64,000 nucleotides of DNA from Botryllus schlosseri (taxonomy: Eukaryota), in the NCBI GenBank assembly GCA_051294905.1, contig CM119372.1, positions 496,001 to 560,000 of the forward strand. Reading direction: 5' to 3'. The position numbers were made by a program, and so were the translations under genes. The notes under the pieces were generated by a model. It had not been told where the DNA came from. It did no database searches and saw only the letters and a program-made list of their open reading frames with translations. This document shows, one piece after another, positions 1-11,682 of the stretch (positions within the stretch are counted from its first letter, which is position 1; each line of letters opens with the position of its first letter).

Positions 1-1877
1 CGAATAAAGCCGCTGCTTTGTACCGCCTTCTTCAAAAAGACGCGAAATTCATTTGGAATACGGACTGTGACGCAGCTTTTCGCATTCTCAAAAACGACGT
101 AATCGACGCTACGCAGTTAGCTCATTATGATGTAAACAAGCAGCTCATTTTGTCAACTGATGCTTCTCAATTCGGAATTGGCGCTGTCCTCTCAATCGAG
201 CACAATGGCGAAGAGAGACCGATCGCGCACGCATCCAAAACACTTTCCGATTCGCAAAAATCCTACTCTCAAATCGAGAAGGAAGCTCTGTCAATCATTT
301 ACGGAGTCACTAAATTTCGTCAATTCTTGTATGGTAGAAAATTTACGCTCGTAACGGACCACAAACCGCTTTTAGCTATTTTCTCGCCAGACAAGAAAAT
401 CCCCGTGATTACAGCGCAACGCTTACAGCGATGGGCACTAACGCTCATGTCTTACCAATACGATATTCGCTATAAACCGACTAATCAGCACGGAAACGCC
501 GACGGTTTATCTCGTCTACCAAAGGGTCCAGACCCTGAGTTTGACGAACTGGAAATTCGTGAAAACGCGGAGATCGTTCACGCTATTAATATGGCATTCG
601 ATGGCTTACCGTTAACTCGCAATGAAATTCGCGACGCGACGCTGAAAGACGAAACCATGAAACTAGTAAAATTATCTGTCACTCATGGTAATTGGAATCC
701 AAAGACGCAAATTGATGATTTTTCTTGGTTTTCGACTCGCAAACATTCGCTTTCTCTGCACGAAGACATAGTCATACTCAATATTGATGGTTTTCAGCGC
801 GTAGTAATTCCGCAGTCACTTCGCTCGCGAGTCTTATCATTGTTGCACGAAGGACTTTGGGGTATCGCGAAAATGAAGCAGATGGCTCGACGTTACATCG
901 CATGGCCTTCCATTAATCGCGACATTGAAAATCTCGTGAAGAGTTGCAACGCTTGCCGCAAGGTAATGAAAGCGCCTGATCGTCAGTATCGCGAATGGCC
1001 TAAAACTTCTGAAAGCTTTGAACGAATTCACTTGGATTTCGCAGGTCCAATAAACAATAAGATGTTTCTTGTCATCGTCGATGCGCATTCGAAATATCCT
1101 TTCGTTAAAGTAATGAATGTCGGTTCTACCACAACCTTGTGTGTGGTCAACGCTTTGAGGGAAGTCTTCTCTATCGAAGGCTTGCCCATAACAATTGTCA
1201 CGGATGGCGGGCCGCAATTCACATCGAATGAATTCGATACGTTTTGTTCTAATTTGGCAATCAGCCATATCGTATCACCGTCTTTTCACCCTGCCTCGAA
1301 CGGGGAAGCGGAGCGTTTCGTCCAGACTTTGAAAGCTGGATCAATAAAAAATTGCGACGGGGGAAAAGATCTCAACTTCGCGCTCCAAACACTTCTCGCT
1401 ACGTACCGATGTGCACCGCACCCGGGCATAGACTGGAAAACGCCTGCCGAGATTTTACATGGTCGACAGCCGCGCAATTTGTTAAGTTTGTGCTCGCCCT
1501 TCGACAAATCAAAACCCGTTACGCCTGGACAATCAGTCACTCATTTCGAGATTGGTTCCGCGGTTTACGCTCGCAGTTACCGAAGCGGACCAAAGTGGGT
1601 TGCTGGCGTGGTGACGGAAATACTGGGGCGTGTTGTGTACATTATAAGAACAGATCATGGGTATTGGAGAAGGCATAAAAACCAACTCCAACCACGCTTG
1701 ATTTCCACAAGTAATGATACAGCCACACAGGAAGTTGCTCAGCCTCAACAGTCCCAAGCTGAGCAACCATTGGTCAGGAATAGGGCACAACGCCCTGCAG
1801 CTAGTCCTGCCCGTACGTCGGGTAGACGTTATCCTCTCAGGAACAGAAAGCAAACCGATTTCTACAGACCTACGTAA
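1..1877 (+). CDS. Ty3/Gypsy LTR retrotransposon pol, 5'-truncated by the window edge (RT connection, RNase H, integrase)
   Basis: 619-aa open frame with RNase H motifs (TDASQFGIGAVL, YSQIEKEALSII, TDHKPL, NADGLSRLP) and integrase DDE core (HLDFAG, TDGGPQF, NGEAERFVQT). No obvious chromodomain. Confidence 0.95.
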   Translation, partial: NKAAALYRLLQKDAKFIWNTDCDAAFRILKNDVIDATQLAHYDVNKQLILSTDASQFGIGAVLSIEHNGEERPIAHASKTLSDSQKSYSQIEKEALSIIYGVTKFRQFLYGRKFTLVTDHKPLLAIFSPDKKIPVITAQRLQRWALTLMSYQYDIRYKPTNQHGNADGLSRLPKGPDPEFDELEIRENAEIVHAINMAFDGLPLTRNEIRDATLKDETMKLVKLSVTHGNWNPKTQIDDFSWFSTRKHSLSLHEDIVILNIDGFQRVVIPQSLRSRVLSLLHEGLWGIAKMKQMARRYIAWPSINRDIENLVKSCNACRKVMKAPDRQYREWPKTSESFERIHLDFAGPINNKMFLVIVDAHSKYPFVKVMNVGSTTTLCVVNALREVFSIEGLPITIVTDGGPQFTSNEFDTFCSNLAISHIVSPSFHPASNGEAERFVQTLKAGSIKNCDGGKDLNFALQTLLATYRCAPHPGIDWKTPAEILHGRQPRNLLSLCSPFDKSKPVTPGQSVTHFEIGSAVYARSYRSGPKWVAGVVTEILGRVVYIIRTDHGYWRRHKNQLQPRLISTSNDTATQEVAQPQQSQAEQPLVRNRAQRPAASPARTSGRRYPLRNRKQTDFYRPT

Positions 1878-1901
1878 ATGTGGGCAACCCTCTCAACTTA
1901 T

Positions 1902-1910
1902 AGGGGAGGA
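1902..1910 (+). promoter_or_regulatory. Polypurine tract of the Gypsy element
   Basis: AGGGGAGGA immediately before the TG start of the 3' LTR. Confidence 0.85.
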
Positions 1911-1911
1911 C

Positions 1912-2166
1912 TGTTATGTTCGTGCATTTACGTTTTAGTGTCGTACAACTCTTTCGTTCTATTGGATTAGTAATTACAGCCAATCATTATTTCCTCGTGT
2001 GTCGTGCTTGTATTTATACCCTGTGTTCTGTTGTCTCGTGGTCTTTCATTTAACTGAACTCTGGACCGTGTCGCTGCCGTTAAGTTATTCTGCTGATAAT
2101 ATACTGATTCTGTATTGCAACCTCGTCGCATTGAGTTATTGTTCAAACAAGATCAAGAACATAACA
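1912..2166 (+). mobile_element. 3' LTR (255 bp) of the Gypsy element
   Basis: Starts TGTTATGTTC and ends GAACATAACA (10-bp inverted termini); follows the PPT and the pol stop. Confidence 0.85.
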
Positions 2167-2789
2167 ATAACGACTTGGACTCGTACTAAACACTATGACT
2201 CGGACTCAACCCTATACTAGCTGACTTGGACTCGGACTTGACTCGGAGGGAACTGAAAATGACTCGACTTGACTCGAGTCAAAACTATAAAAGTGAGATT
2301 GACTTGTGACTCGGAACGTTGTGACTTTGGTTACAACCCTACCAATCCCAATGTTTGGAGTGCGTGACGAATTGCTGTTTTGGTCCTGATTGTACCTGCA
2401 ATCCACGCAAACATGGTGTACAAGCGGATGGCTATGGCGACAGGTAGACAGGTATAAATGTCGAGTGAAGAATTGTGAAATAAGGATTGGCGCCCGTTCC
2501 AAGTAGAGTCATATGAGAATAAGAAAAAGTGAACTTAATACAGATACTGAAAGCTGCCGTCACTAGAAACGGCAAAGAACGGCTCGGTTACGATACATAT
2601 CAGCAGCTGTTGATTTTAACCATCGTAATGTATTATTTGACGAGTACAAAATTTCAAATCTTTGTCCGGTGTACGTAGGCCTACAATACATACGTATACC
2701 ACATAGATAGGCCTACTGCTCGCCAAGCAGCAACGGTCAAACTGTGTTTAACTAAGCAGAACCAAACATCAATTACTATTTGAAACTAG

Positions 2790-4636
2790 ACGGCCGTAAA
2801 CCAAACTTTACGCTGATTGGTCGAGAGACAATGGCCGTGGATACGACGCAGCAACGGAGGACGCTGCATTTACTTCAACATGTAGTCGGCACTACGATGT
2901 ATTCCTATAGCCGTGTAGACTGTATAAAAACGACAAGATTACAGTTAAATGTTTATTTCTTCATCAATAATGAAATTAGGAAAGGAAATAAAATATTTAA
3001 TAACATATACTGAAATATAATGCCGAAATACTACTGTGTTTATGAATGCAGTGCCACCAATGGCAATGAACTGGGGAAGAAAAGATTTTTCCATTCATTT
3101 CCTTCCAACGCAAAGGTCAGGAAGGCTTGGGAAAGCAGAGTAAGAAGGCAGGATTTCAAGCCTACTTCCACAAGCTTCATTTACTCCTCATCGCCGACCT
3201 CACTGCAGTTGCACTGACTTAAAAAGCCCAGAAATCACAGTGAGGCGAGCTACAAGTCGGCAGCTAAAGAGCCGATGAATCGCGAGCCGATGCATGAGAG
3301 AGTGGAAAGAATGTCAAAGACAAGAATAAATGCATTGATCAGTTCGAATACTGTCATGTCGTGGAGCACAAAGCCTTAAACAGGCTAAAAGCACCACAGT
3401 TGTGTACAATAATAATAATAATAATAATTTGCTCCTACCAATTTTGCAAGGAAGATTTTGCTGCTAGTGCATTATAGATATACCAATACAGTCACGTCTA
3501 AAGAGAGGTGCGATTCCCAGTCGCAATCTCCGTGGTGAAGCAGAAGATTATGCGCATTGCAAAGAGGCGGACCCTGAACTCCATGCCGTGTCAACTGTCT
3601 TCCTGCAATGTTGTGGATGCTGCACATGCAAATCTGATATTGTCATCTGGTGATCCTGATCTAGAATCGCCATCGTGTAGCCTTGAAATGGAATCTTCAA
3701 ATCCATCACCTGAATCTTAGGGTGAGAAGCCAACGAAGTCAGTCATATGCAGATTAGCTACCTAAGCCCACAGAACATCAGAACAGAGAGGATGTGCAGA
3801 ATGGGGTAAATACATAGGGCTCTTCGACTCACAAGTAGCAATTTTGGTAGGATTTTGGACTGCTTTGAGGGGAACAAGACAGCATGTACTCCATATGCAA
3901 CATCTCTTTTCAAATCACTTCAATGACAGTACAGTATCAACTGGTATTCAATATTGTGGGGGTTATTGCACGAAGAAAGCGCCATTCAAGACTACTAAGC
4001 ATCACGCATGTGAATGTAGCAAAGATTGGTCATGTTCTTTTTCCATATGGATATCTGGGTGCTTCACATGATAGAGTGATTCTAGCTGAGCAGACCTCAT
4101 CTGCACTGGTGTGCTTGAGGTATCGTAACAGCACATGCAATGAGTTCATGAAATTTGAACTTGGGCAGAAATCACAGGAAAGTAGTTTTTATTTGACTGC
4201 TGCTAGATAATTACAAGTAAATCACTCTTATTGGCATCAAATTCAGGCCCAAATGTATGCCACAAATAGTCCTGCCTTCTTATACTCTGCCTTCCCAAGC
4301 CTTTCTGTCCTTTGCGTTGGAAGAAAATGAATGGAAAGATCTGTTCTTCCCCAGTTCATTGCCATTGGTGGCACTGCATTCATAAACACAGTAGTTTTTC
4401 GGCATTATATTTCAGTATATGTTATTAAATATTTTATTTCCTTTCCTAATTTCATTATTGATGAAGAAATAAACATTTAACTGTAATCTTGTCGTTTTTA
4501 TACAGTCTGCACGGCTATAGGAATACATCGTAGTGCCGACTATATGTTGAAGTAAATGCAGCGTCCTCCGTTGCTGCGTCGTATCCATGGCCATTGTCTC
4601 TCGACCAATCAGCGTAAAGTTTGGTTTACGGCCGTA
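2790..4636. mobile_element. Foldback THAP-domain DNA transposon derivative with ~365-bp inverted arms
   Basis: 2790-3153 is the reverse complement of ~4270-4636. Both arms carry a THAP N-terminus (MPKYYCVYECS...FHSFP...RKAWESRVRR). The empty site AAACTAGGCAGAG at ~13654 implies a TA/TAG duplication. Confidence 0.85.
3020..3217 (+). pseudogene. Truncated THAP zinc-finger ORF (transposase N-terminus)
   Basis: MPxxxCxxxC...FHSFP...W pattern; the C-terminal C/HF part is lost or frameshifted. Confidence 0.75.
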
Positions 4637-6235
4637 TAGGCAGAGTGATGATTATTGTCTTACTGCGAGGTAGTGGCGTCTGGAGTGTATTGATAACCTG
4701 ATATACAGCATGGCTTACTCTGTTCTAACAATCACGCAACAATGTACAATGTACATCGAATATATATTTACTACGTGTGGATACTTCTTACGCAAGGAAT
4801 AGCAAAGCTAATTCTTCTGACGTAATAATGAGCAGTGGCGTTTGAAAATCAACCGTTTGCGATATCAATAACCTGGTATAATTATAGAGACTGTAGGATG
4901 GAGCGACGACCCATTGTTCTAAGTTCAGATCCGTCACGCTTGACTTTGCATTCGCGAAAGTCCGATTGTCCTATTTTACATGTAAAAGTATACGCGATTT
5001 CGGAAATGCATGGACGAATTTGAGTGCCGAAAAAGGGTGGAAATATTCTGGCTAGACGGCTCAAATTTTGCATGTCACGAGGAAGCATCAATATGTTCTC
5101 ACTAAAATAATTTCACAACTGTCCTCCACCCAGAACACGTTTAAAATCAATTTCCCGCAATGCCTTATTCAGTGATAAGTTCTCCGCGGCCGAATCCCGT
5201 AAACTCGTAGACAATGCTATAATTGATAAGGCTTTATGCGGTAATAATTGAGTGGCCGTTGAAAGCCGCTGATACCGATACCAAACTATTTTCTGTGCAT
5301 AAGCAACCGATGAAAAAACGAACAGCCTACACGAAAAGCGGATGAAAAAGAGCTACGAAAAGATTATCGATGCATCCAAAAGATCAATATCGTACACTGT
5401 TTCATCGGGCATTAGGCCTATGTTACAGTCTCCTTCTTTCCATCAGGGACCCCTCAAAAGGAGATCGTATCAAGACGTTGCTCCATAAGGAGACGTAAGT
5501 AAAGCAGCTGTCTCAACTTCAACAAAATTAACAGAGTAATTTATAATAGAGCCGCAATCTGCGAAAATCATTTTGAGGAGAGCGATATCATTCAGCTCAA
5601 AACCAGAAAGCAACTCAAAGTGGGAGCTCTGCCTAAGCTAAATTTGCCTTAAAGATGTAGCACAATCATAAAGGTATACCGGGTATCTCTCACTCAGATC
5701 AAGAAACCAATGCACCAAACGATTTCAATTGATATATTTATTCATATAGAAGGCCGGCACACGGAACTAGAATATTGATTGGTCTGCTATTAAATTTCAT
5801 TATTAACACCACACATTCAACAGAATTGCACAATATACCATTCCCTGCTATTGATACCAGACATTCTTGCAGTGGAAACTTTTTCCTCAGCTTGAACAAG
5901 TGCATCAACAATCTTCACGAGCAAAGATGCAGCAAGAAGCTGATGCTGCAGTCCAAGAAGTTTGCTTGCCTGCTGGCAAATGTTGGAGTAGTATTGATAA
6001 ATACCATCAGTACCAACGTCACAGAACACAGCATTCAAGCGTTTGACAGGTGGAAAAATAAGATTTAAATCCAATTCCTCAAATCGTGGTCCACACCTGG
6101 AAATAGAATGACAATTACGGCAAGCAATCTTCAAAATGTTCATTACTCGGTCGATGTCAATTTGCTCAGTTGGTGACGGGAGCTTATGCACTTTCCCGCG
6201 CTTCTTGAGTTCCCTTACAGTGGGAAATATGGCTT

Positions 6236-6512
6236 TGTAGCTGCACATAATACACCTACAAACTATATCCAAGCGATCGCGACTCGTAAATGTATTACGC
6301 TTATTCCTGACGCGTTACCGTTCGAATATTAACATTCTGATACATTCGTACCGCTCTGACTTGCACGCTCAAAAGGTGCCAGTCAGAGAGCATGTTCATA
6401 TTATTGTTGTTGTGATTACAGATTGAGTGTAGCTATACTTGTCTGGTGTTCTCAGTATCGAAATGAGAGTTACGTAGTTAGTTAACTACTCAGTAGGAAA
6501 CGAGTTCCTACA
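6236..6512. mobile_element. Solo LTR (277 bp)
   Basis: TGTAG...CTACA termini, 4-bp TSD GCTT; absent from the paralogous site at ~25360 (ATATGGCTTCACA). Confidence 0.7.
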
Positions 6513-6782
6513 GCTTCACAAACGTCACAACTTATTCCACTCCACTCATCCAATCCTTCGAAGCATTGGGAAATTTCCTCCTCGGTGATGGATTCCCAAT
6601 CCTCCCACAATGATTCTTCGGCCATAACTTTTACGAAAAAGTATCGGTTATAAAGGAATCAAAATTTCTGTGAAAGCATAATACTCAGAATTTTATTTCC
6701 GTTTTGCCGTTTCATTTTCATAGCTTGCCCTTTTATTGTTATCTTCTATCATCATATAATACGCCACTATAATAGCTATTAT

Positions 6783-9600
6783 CAGTGGCGGCTCGTCCTA
6801 TAGGGCAACTGGGGCATTGCCCCACCTAAAATTCCGTTCAATAACAATTCTTTACCATTTATAGACGCACAACAATCTATATGTACCGAAATCCCAGCGA
6901 AAATCGTATTCTTCTTGTCCTTTCGCTTGTAAATGCCCATGTATAGCGAAGTCTCTGCGAAAATCGAATTCTCTTCCGTTTTTTCGCTTTGCGAATGCCT
7001 AGCCGGGGCATGCCCAGGTAGCGCTCATAACAAGCTTTCACTGCCTATTCTCTCAAAGCCGCGCACAATAAAGAAACAGTGATTTACTCTCTCCTATTCA
7101 TAAAATTACCGAGCAGGTAGGGCAACATAGCATGGTTGCCCCTAAGGTGTGATATAACAATCGTATCTATATCTGAACTCGGTTACCGTCATATGCGTTT
7201 AGTCGACATTTGCTGGTATAGGTCGATTTTGATGGTGTTTCACACTATGATAATTCTTGAAACTTGGTATGTCATGTCGTGATGGTGGTATTTAACACTG
7301 TCCTAAGTTTCAGGGTTTCTACTCAAAGTTTAGGGTAGTAATTCTGTTTCCAAAGTTGATTGTGTGCTGATCCGTTATGTATCGCAAACAGATTTTACTC
7401 AAAAGCCGGTATTGGTATCCATTGATTTTGACGATGTTCCATACCGAGATCGGTCATGACATTTGGTACGGTAAGTCTTAATGTTAGTATCGAACGCTGT
7501 ACCAAGTTTCAAGTTTGACACTGAACTATGTTGGTGGTAATTTCGTTTCCTAAGTCGAGTGAGAGCTGACTCGTCATTTATCGCAAACATATTTTACGCG
7601 AAGCCGGTACTGGCCTCCATTGATTTTAACGATGCTCCTTAGCTAGATCCGTCATGAGCTTTTACATGGTATGTCTTGATTTTAGTATCCAACGCTGTGC
7701 CAAGTCTCAAGGTTGTCACTCAATGATTAGGGCAGCAATTTCGTTATCAAGGTCGAGTATGGTAGAGATGTGAGCTGATCTGACACTTAGCCTACCTAAC
7801 GCATTGCGGATTTCACGCAAAAGCCGGTGTATCTGTATTAACGCTAACTGTGTTCCATACTGAGATAGTTGATGAGATGATGATATCATGAAACAGTTTA
7901 CTAACATCCTCGGTTTGCATTCAAATATTTAGTTTTATTTTATATTCTTCAATGTCAATTTCACCGTGAAATTGTGGCCTTCAGGCCATTTGCTTACAAT
8001 TACAACCCCTGTCAAGCGCGATAGCTGTTTCGTTTTCGATGGCGGCTAACAGCTGATCGCTTGATCAGCCTATTCCTCAGTAAATTTTACGCAAAATTCG
8101 CTGTTGATCTGTTCATATTGATTTTGACAGTGTACCATACCGAAAACGGTCATGAGGCTACTTCTCGATGATTTCATGTAACAGTGTACCAAGTTTCCGG
8201 CTTTCAATCACGTATTTATTCGGTAATATATTTTCCAAAGGCGATTTTGCAGCAGACATGGACACTATAGACCGTAAGCTGTATGTCCGTGTGACAGTCT
8301 CCAGCCTCAAGGCCAAAATCCCCTATGCTGTACCGGGACCGAATTTCCGAGGCTGCTATCCGTAGTTCTTCAGAATCATGTTTTGTATTCAATATGACAT
8401 GTCCAATCTATGAGATAACAATTGCGTTTGTGTCCGAACTCGTTGACCTTTCCAGTTACGCTTACGCAATCTCTCGAGTTATAGTCATTTCCATTTCTGC
8501 AGATAATTAGTCAGGTGTTGGGGCGAACATGAACCGTGTCGAATCTTTGTTCCAGACTTGGACAACTAGAAAATTTTCAGCTTTGCTGAATTAGATTAGA
8601 ACTAGAATTAGAGCTCTACAGTTTTTTTCAAACTAGATTAGAATTAGAATTGGAGCTGCACAGTTTTTCCAAATTAGATTAGAATTAGAATTAGAGCTAC
8701 TAAGCTTTTTCCAGATTAGATTAGAATTAGAATTAGAGCTATACTTAGTTCGCAAAAACTTGGAAATCGAATGAAATTGTATATGGGATTTGAATACAGC
8801 AAAATGCAGTTCACATCAAATCACAGTGCGTGGTGCAAAAGGCCGCGAGGCGATATGCGCCACATATTTTTGTTTAATAAACAACAACAACAGTGCATTC
8901 CTATAAACATGAGAATGGTGAACTTCTGTACACCAAGCTTGGCTCGATTTTTACTATACTTTCATAAAATATTACTTCTTTTATGGTAACCGTGGGCATC
9001 GCCCATGTTAGTCAGAATGGCGATGTACTAACGTAAAGTTTTAGAAACTAGAGTGTTGTTCGCAGACTACAAGCTACTCTAGCAGGCTATATTCGTCATA
9101 ATATCTACTATTACTGCACGTGCACGGTATAAGTAAGGCGATGGCGGCTTGGCACTGGATTTCCCTGCGCAAGCGGAATATTCTTTTTAACTCACTGCAA
9201 TATGCCTCGGACAAAGAGGAATTTTCAGGAAAACAAAAATTAGATTAGAACTAGAATTAGAGCATATGAACATTTCACAAATTAGATTAGAATTAGAATT
9301 AGCGCATGGAAGCATTTCACAAATTAGATTAGAATTAGATTACTGGCATTTCGCTCTAATTTAGTGAAATTAGACAACTAGAATTATCTAGTTGTCCAAG
9401 TCTGCTTTGTTCCGCACTTCGTTTACGCAGTTACCACACTTCAAGTCACAGCTCACCAGAAGACCTCTCGCGGCACATACGTTAAAATCACTGTTGTCGT
9501 TACCGTACTACCAAGTTACTTGTTTACTTTGACGTCATCTTGATAAAAAGTCGCTTGCAGCCCTTGCCCCACCACCCGATATTGTCACGAGCCGCCCCTG
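6783..9600 (+). mobile_element. hAT element family B, copy 1 (non-autonomous)
   Basis: TIR CAGTGGCGGCTCGT / ACGAGCCGCCCCTG; near-identical to 22172-27260; empty site at ~25625. The right TSD is not intact. Confidence 0.85.
8553..9404. mobile_element. hAT-type MITE with (TTAGAA/ATTAG)n subterminal arrays
   Basis: TIR CAGACTTGGACAACTAGA / TCTAGTTGTCCAAGTCTG; perfect 8-bp TSD CTTTGTTC; inserted in the MNRVESL start of the family B ORF. Confidence 0.85.
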
Positions 9601-10908
9601 GATCATAAATCATCGCTGGTATTCACCGACCGTGCGCATTGCGCAGCGATATACCGGCATATTCATCGCTTCGTACGGCAACAAGCGCAAGACCGTCACG
9701 CAAGTATCCAAGATATTCACTAATCAGGCCAAAGATATTAGGACGTCCAATTAGTCACAGAGTCCGTTATAAGTATTCAACCTCCAATACTCCGACCCAC
9801 TCCCATCGACAACCATGCATTAAAGAACAAAAACTCAACTTTCCACCGTCTGAATTGCATGTGGGATTAATAGTGGTACACGTAACAATGGGTAGCTCCC
9901 TACGCAAAGCGGAGCGTGACCGATCTAAAGGGAGTTGAAAATATTATTGCGCGCAGTGTAAATAGAGTAGTTCAACTTATATAGATATTTCGGTATATCA
10001 ATGCACTAATACCAGTATAATATAAAATATTTATAGTAATATGGGCAATAATACCATAAATATTCATTTTTACAAGATAATTGCTGCAAAACCATGCACA
10101 CAAAATATGTTGCGGATGAATATTAATTAGGCATTTAAATCAGTCGTCACTCCATCCTACAGTCTCTATAGTATAATATCTCTTCCTTGTTCACGAATGT
10201 TCGGTTATGTCATATTAATTGTACAAATAAAAAGTAATCGTTCTTTCACAAAGAAATCGATTAGATATGTGAAGTAGTCGATTACGATTACGATTACTTT
10301 GGATTTTTTTCGAATGTAATCGATTGCTATTACGATTACTTGAAAATGCTGTAATCGTCGTAATCGATTACGATTACTAATCGCGATTACCCCATGTCTG
10401 GTTCTTTCCATTCCTTTTGAGTGCTTTCTTTCTTTCTCCGGGTCTTTTTAGTCGCCGGAAGAACAGCAACGGCGTGGGAAGAGGAGCCCAGATAAACCAC
10501 CGACGGAAATCGAACCGGCTCCGCCAGATTTGTAGGCGCTTTTATCGTCACCACTACGCTATATGTCCCCCGCCCAAAGGTCTCTCGGCTACAACTATGT
10601 TCAACCGTTCATGATATGTTCAAATAACGAAACGGTATAATGTTTTGTCAGCCACGCCCCAAAAAACGCTGATACTGGACTTCCATCGGGTTATTTCCAT
10701 GGTTAACTTCGTCACTATCAGATTATGCAGAAGAAATCACCCAATCTGTCCCATAGGAGAGCCTATAATAATCTTGTATAGGTTCTGTTATAATTGCGAA
10801 TACGGATAAGGAGTCATCACCGTAAATTACGGGCATTTTTTTAGAAATGTTTGCATATCCTGGCAGATGTGATAATCACACACACACACACATACAATAC
10901 AAATATAT

Positions 10909-10988
10909 ACACATACTAAAATTGGAATGATACAGAGTAGAAGAGCATGGCCTGCACAAGGATGGCGCGTAGAATCGTGAAGCGTCCA
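10909..10988 (+). pseudogene. U6 snRNA pseudogene/fragment
   Basis: ATACTAAAATTGGAAtGATACAGAGtAGAagAGCATGGCC-TGCaCAAGGATGgCgCG...TCGTGAAGCGT matches U6. The ACAGAGA box is mutated, the 5' stem is replaced by (CA)n and there is no oligo-T terminator. Confidence 0.85.
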
Positions 10989-11682
10989 ATAAATCACACC
11001 CAGCTCGAAGAAATTTTTAAGTTTGGTATATCTGCCGACAAATATTATACTTTAGGTTTATTTGCGAAATTATTTTAGGCTTCCTTCCAGCTTGGACCCT
11101 TTCAAATTATGGGATAGCGGGGCGAGGCAATCACGATCCCATTCACAAAGGGTTAAAGATGCAAGATCTTTAAATTAAAATTATGCTCGATTTTACATCG
11201 ATAATGGAATAAGATTCGAAAGCAGACAGTTAAAAATATAATTTTTAAAACGGGTCCTTTCGTATATCAATGATCTGTTCTTCTTCTTCAAAAAGATTGG
11301 ATGTTTTATTGCTATACCTATGCTCAAAGATGGTAACAGCAGATACTGGGAAGTATCGCTGCAGTGCCCACAGTTTGGGAATCACTGCTCTTCATAGGGG
11401 CAATTTCATGGTTAGGTTACGTCTGAAGGTAATCCAAAATCGTAATAAAGAGTAACTGCCTTGTGTAAATGGCCATTCTAGCCGATATCCAAAAGATACA
11501 GCATGTAGCTTCATACTCATTTCCAAAACGTCAAAGCATGTATATGAACACGTCAACAACCGTTGCAACACTTGCGCATGAAATAAATTTTTGAAATACT
11601 GCATCTGGGCACTTGCAAGCTATCAAATTAGATCGATATCCCCAATCTAGCAGTCGCAGGTTATATTTCTGTCACTCCCCAC

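Larger units (their letters stand above)
4883..10170. mobile_element. P-like TIR element family A, copy 1 (with nested insertions)
   Basis: TIR TATAGAGACTGTAGGATGGAG / CTCCATCCTACAGTCTCTATA; 7-bp TSD GTATAAT (4876-4882, 10171-10177). THAP C-terminal remnant ICENHFEE...LKVGALPKLNLP at ~5550-5650 (+). Confidence 0.85.

Noticed and set aside
9639..9938. 99-aa ORF conserved at 25668-25967
   Set aside because: Conserved only because both lie in family A copies; non-ATG start and no domain features.
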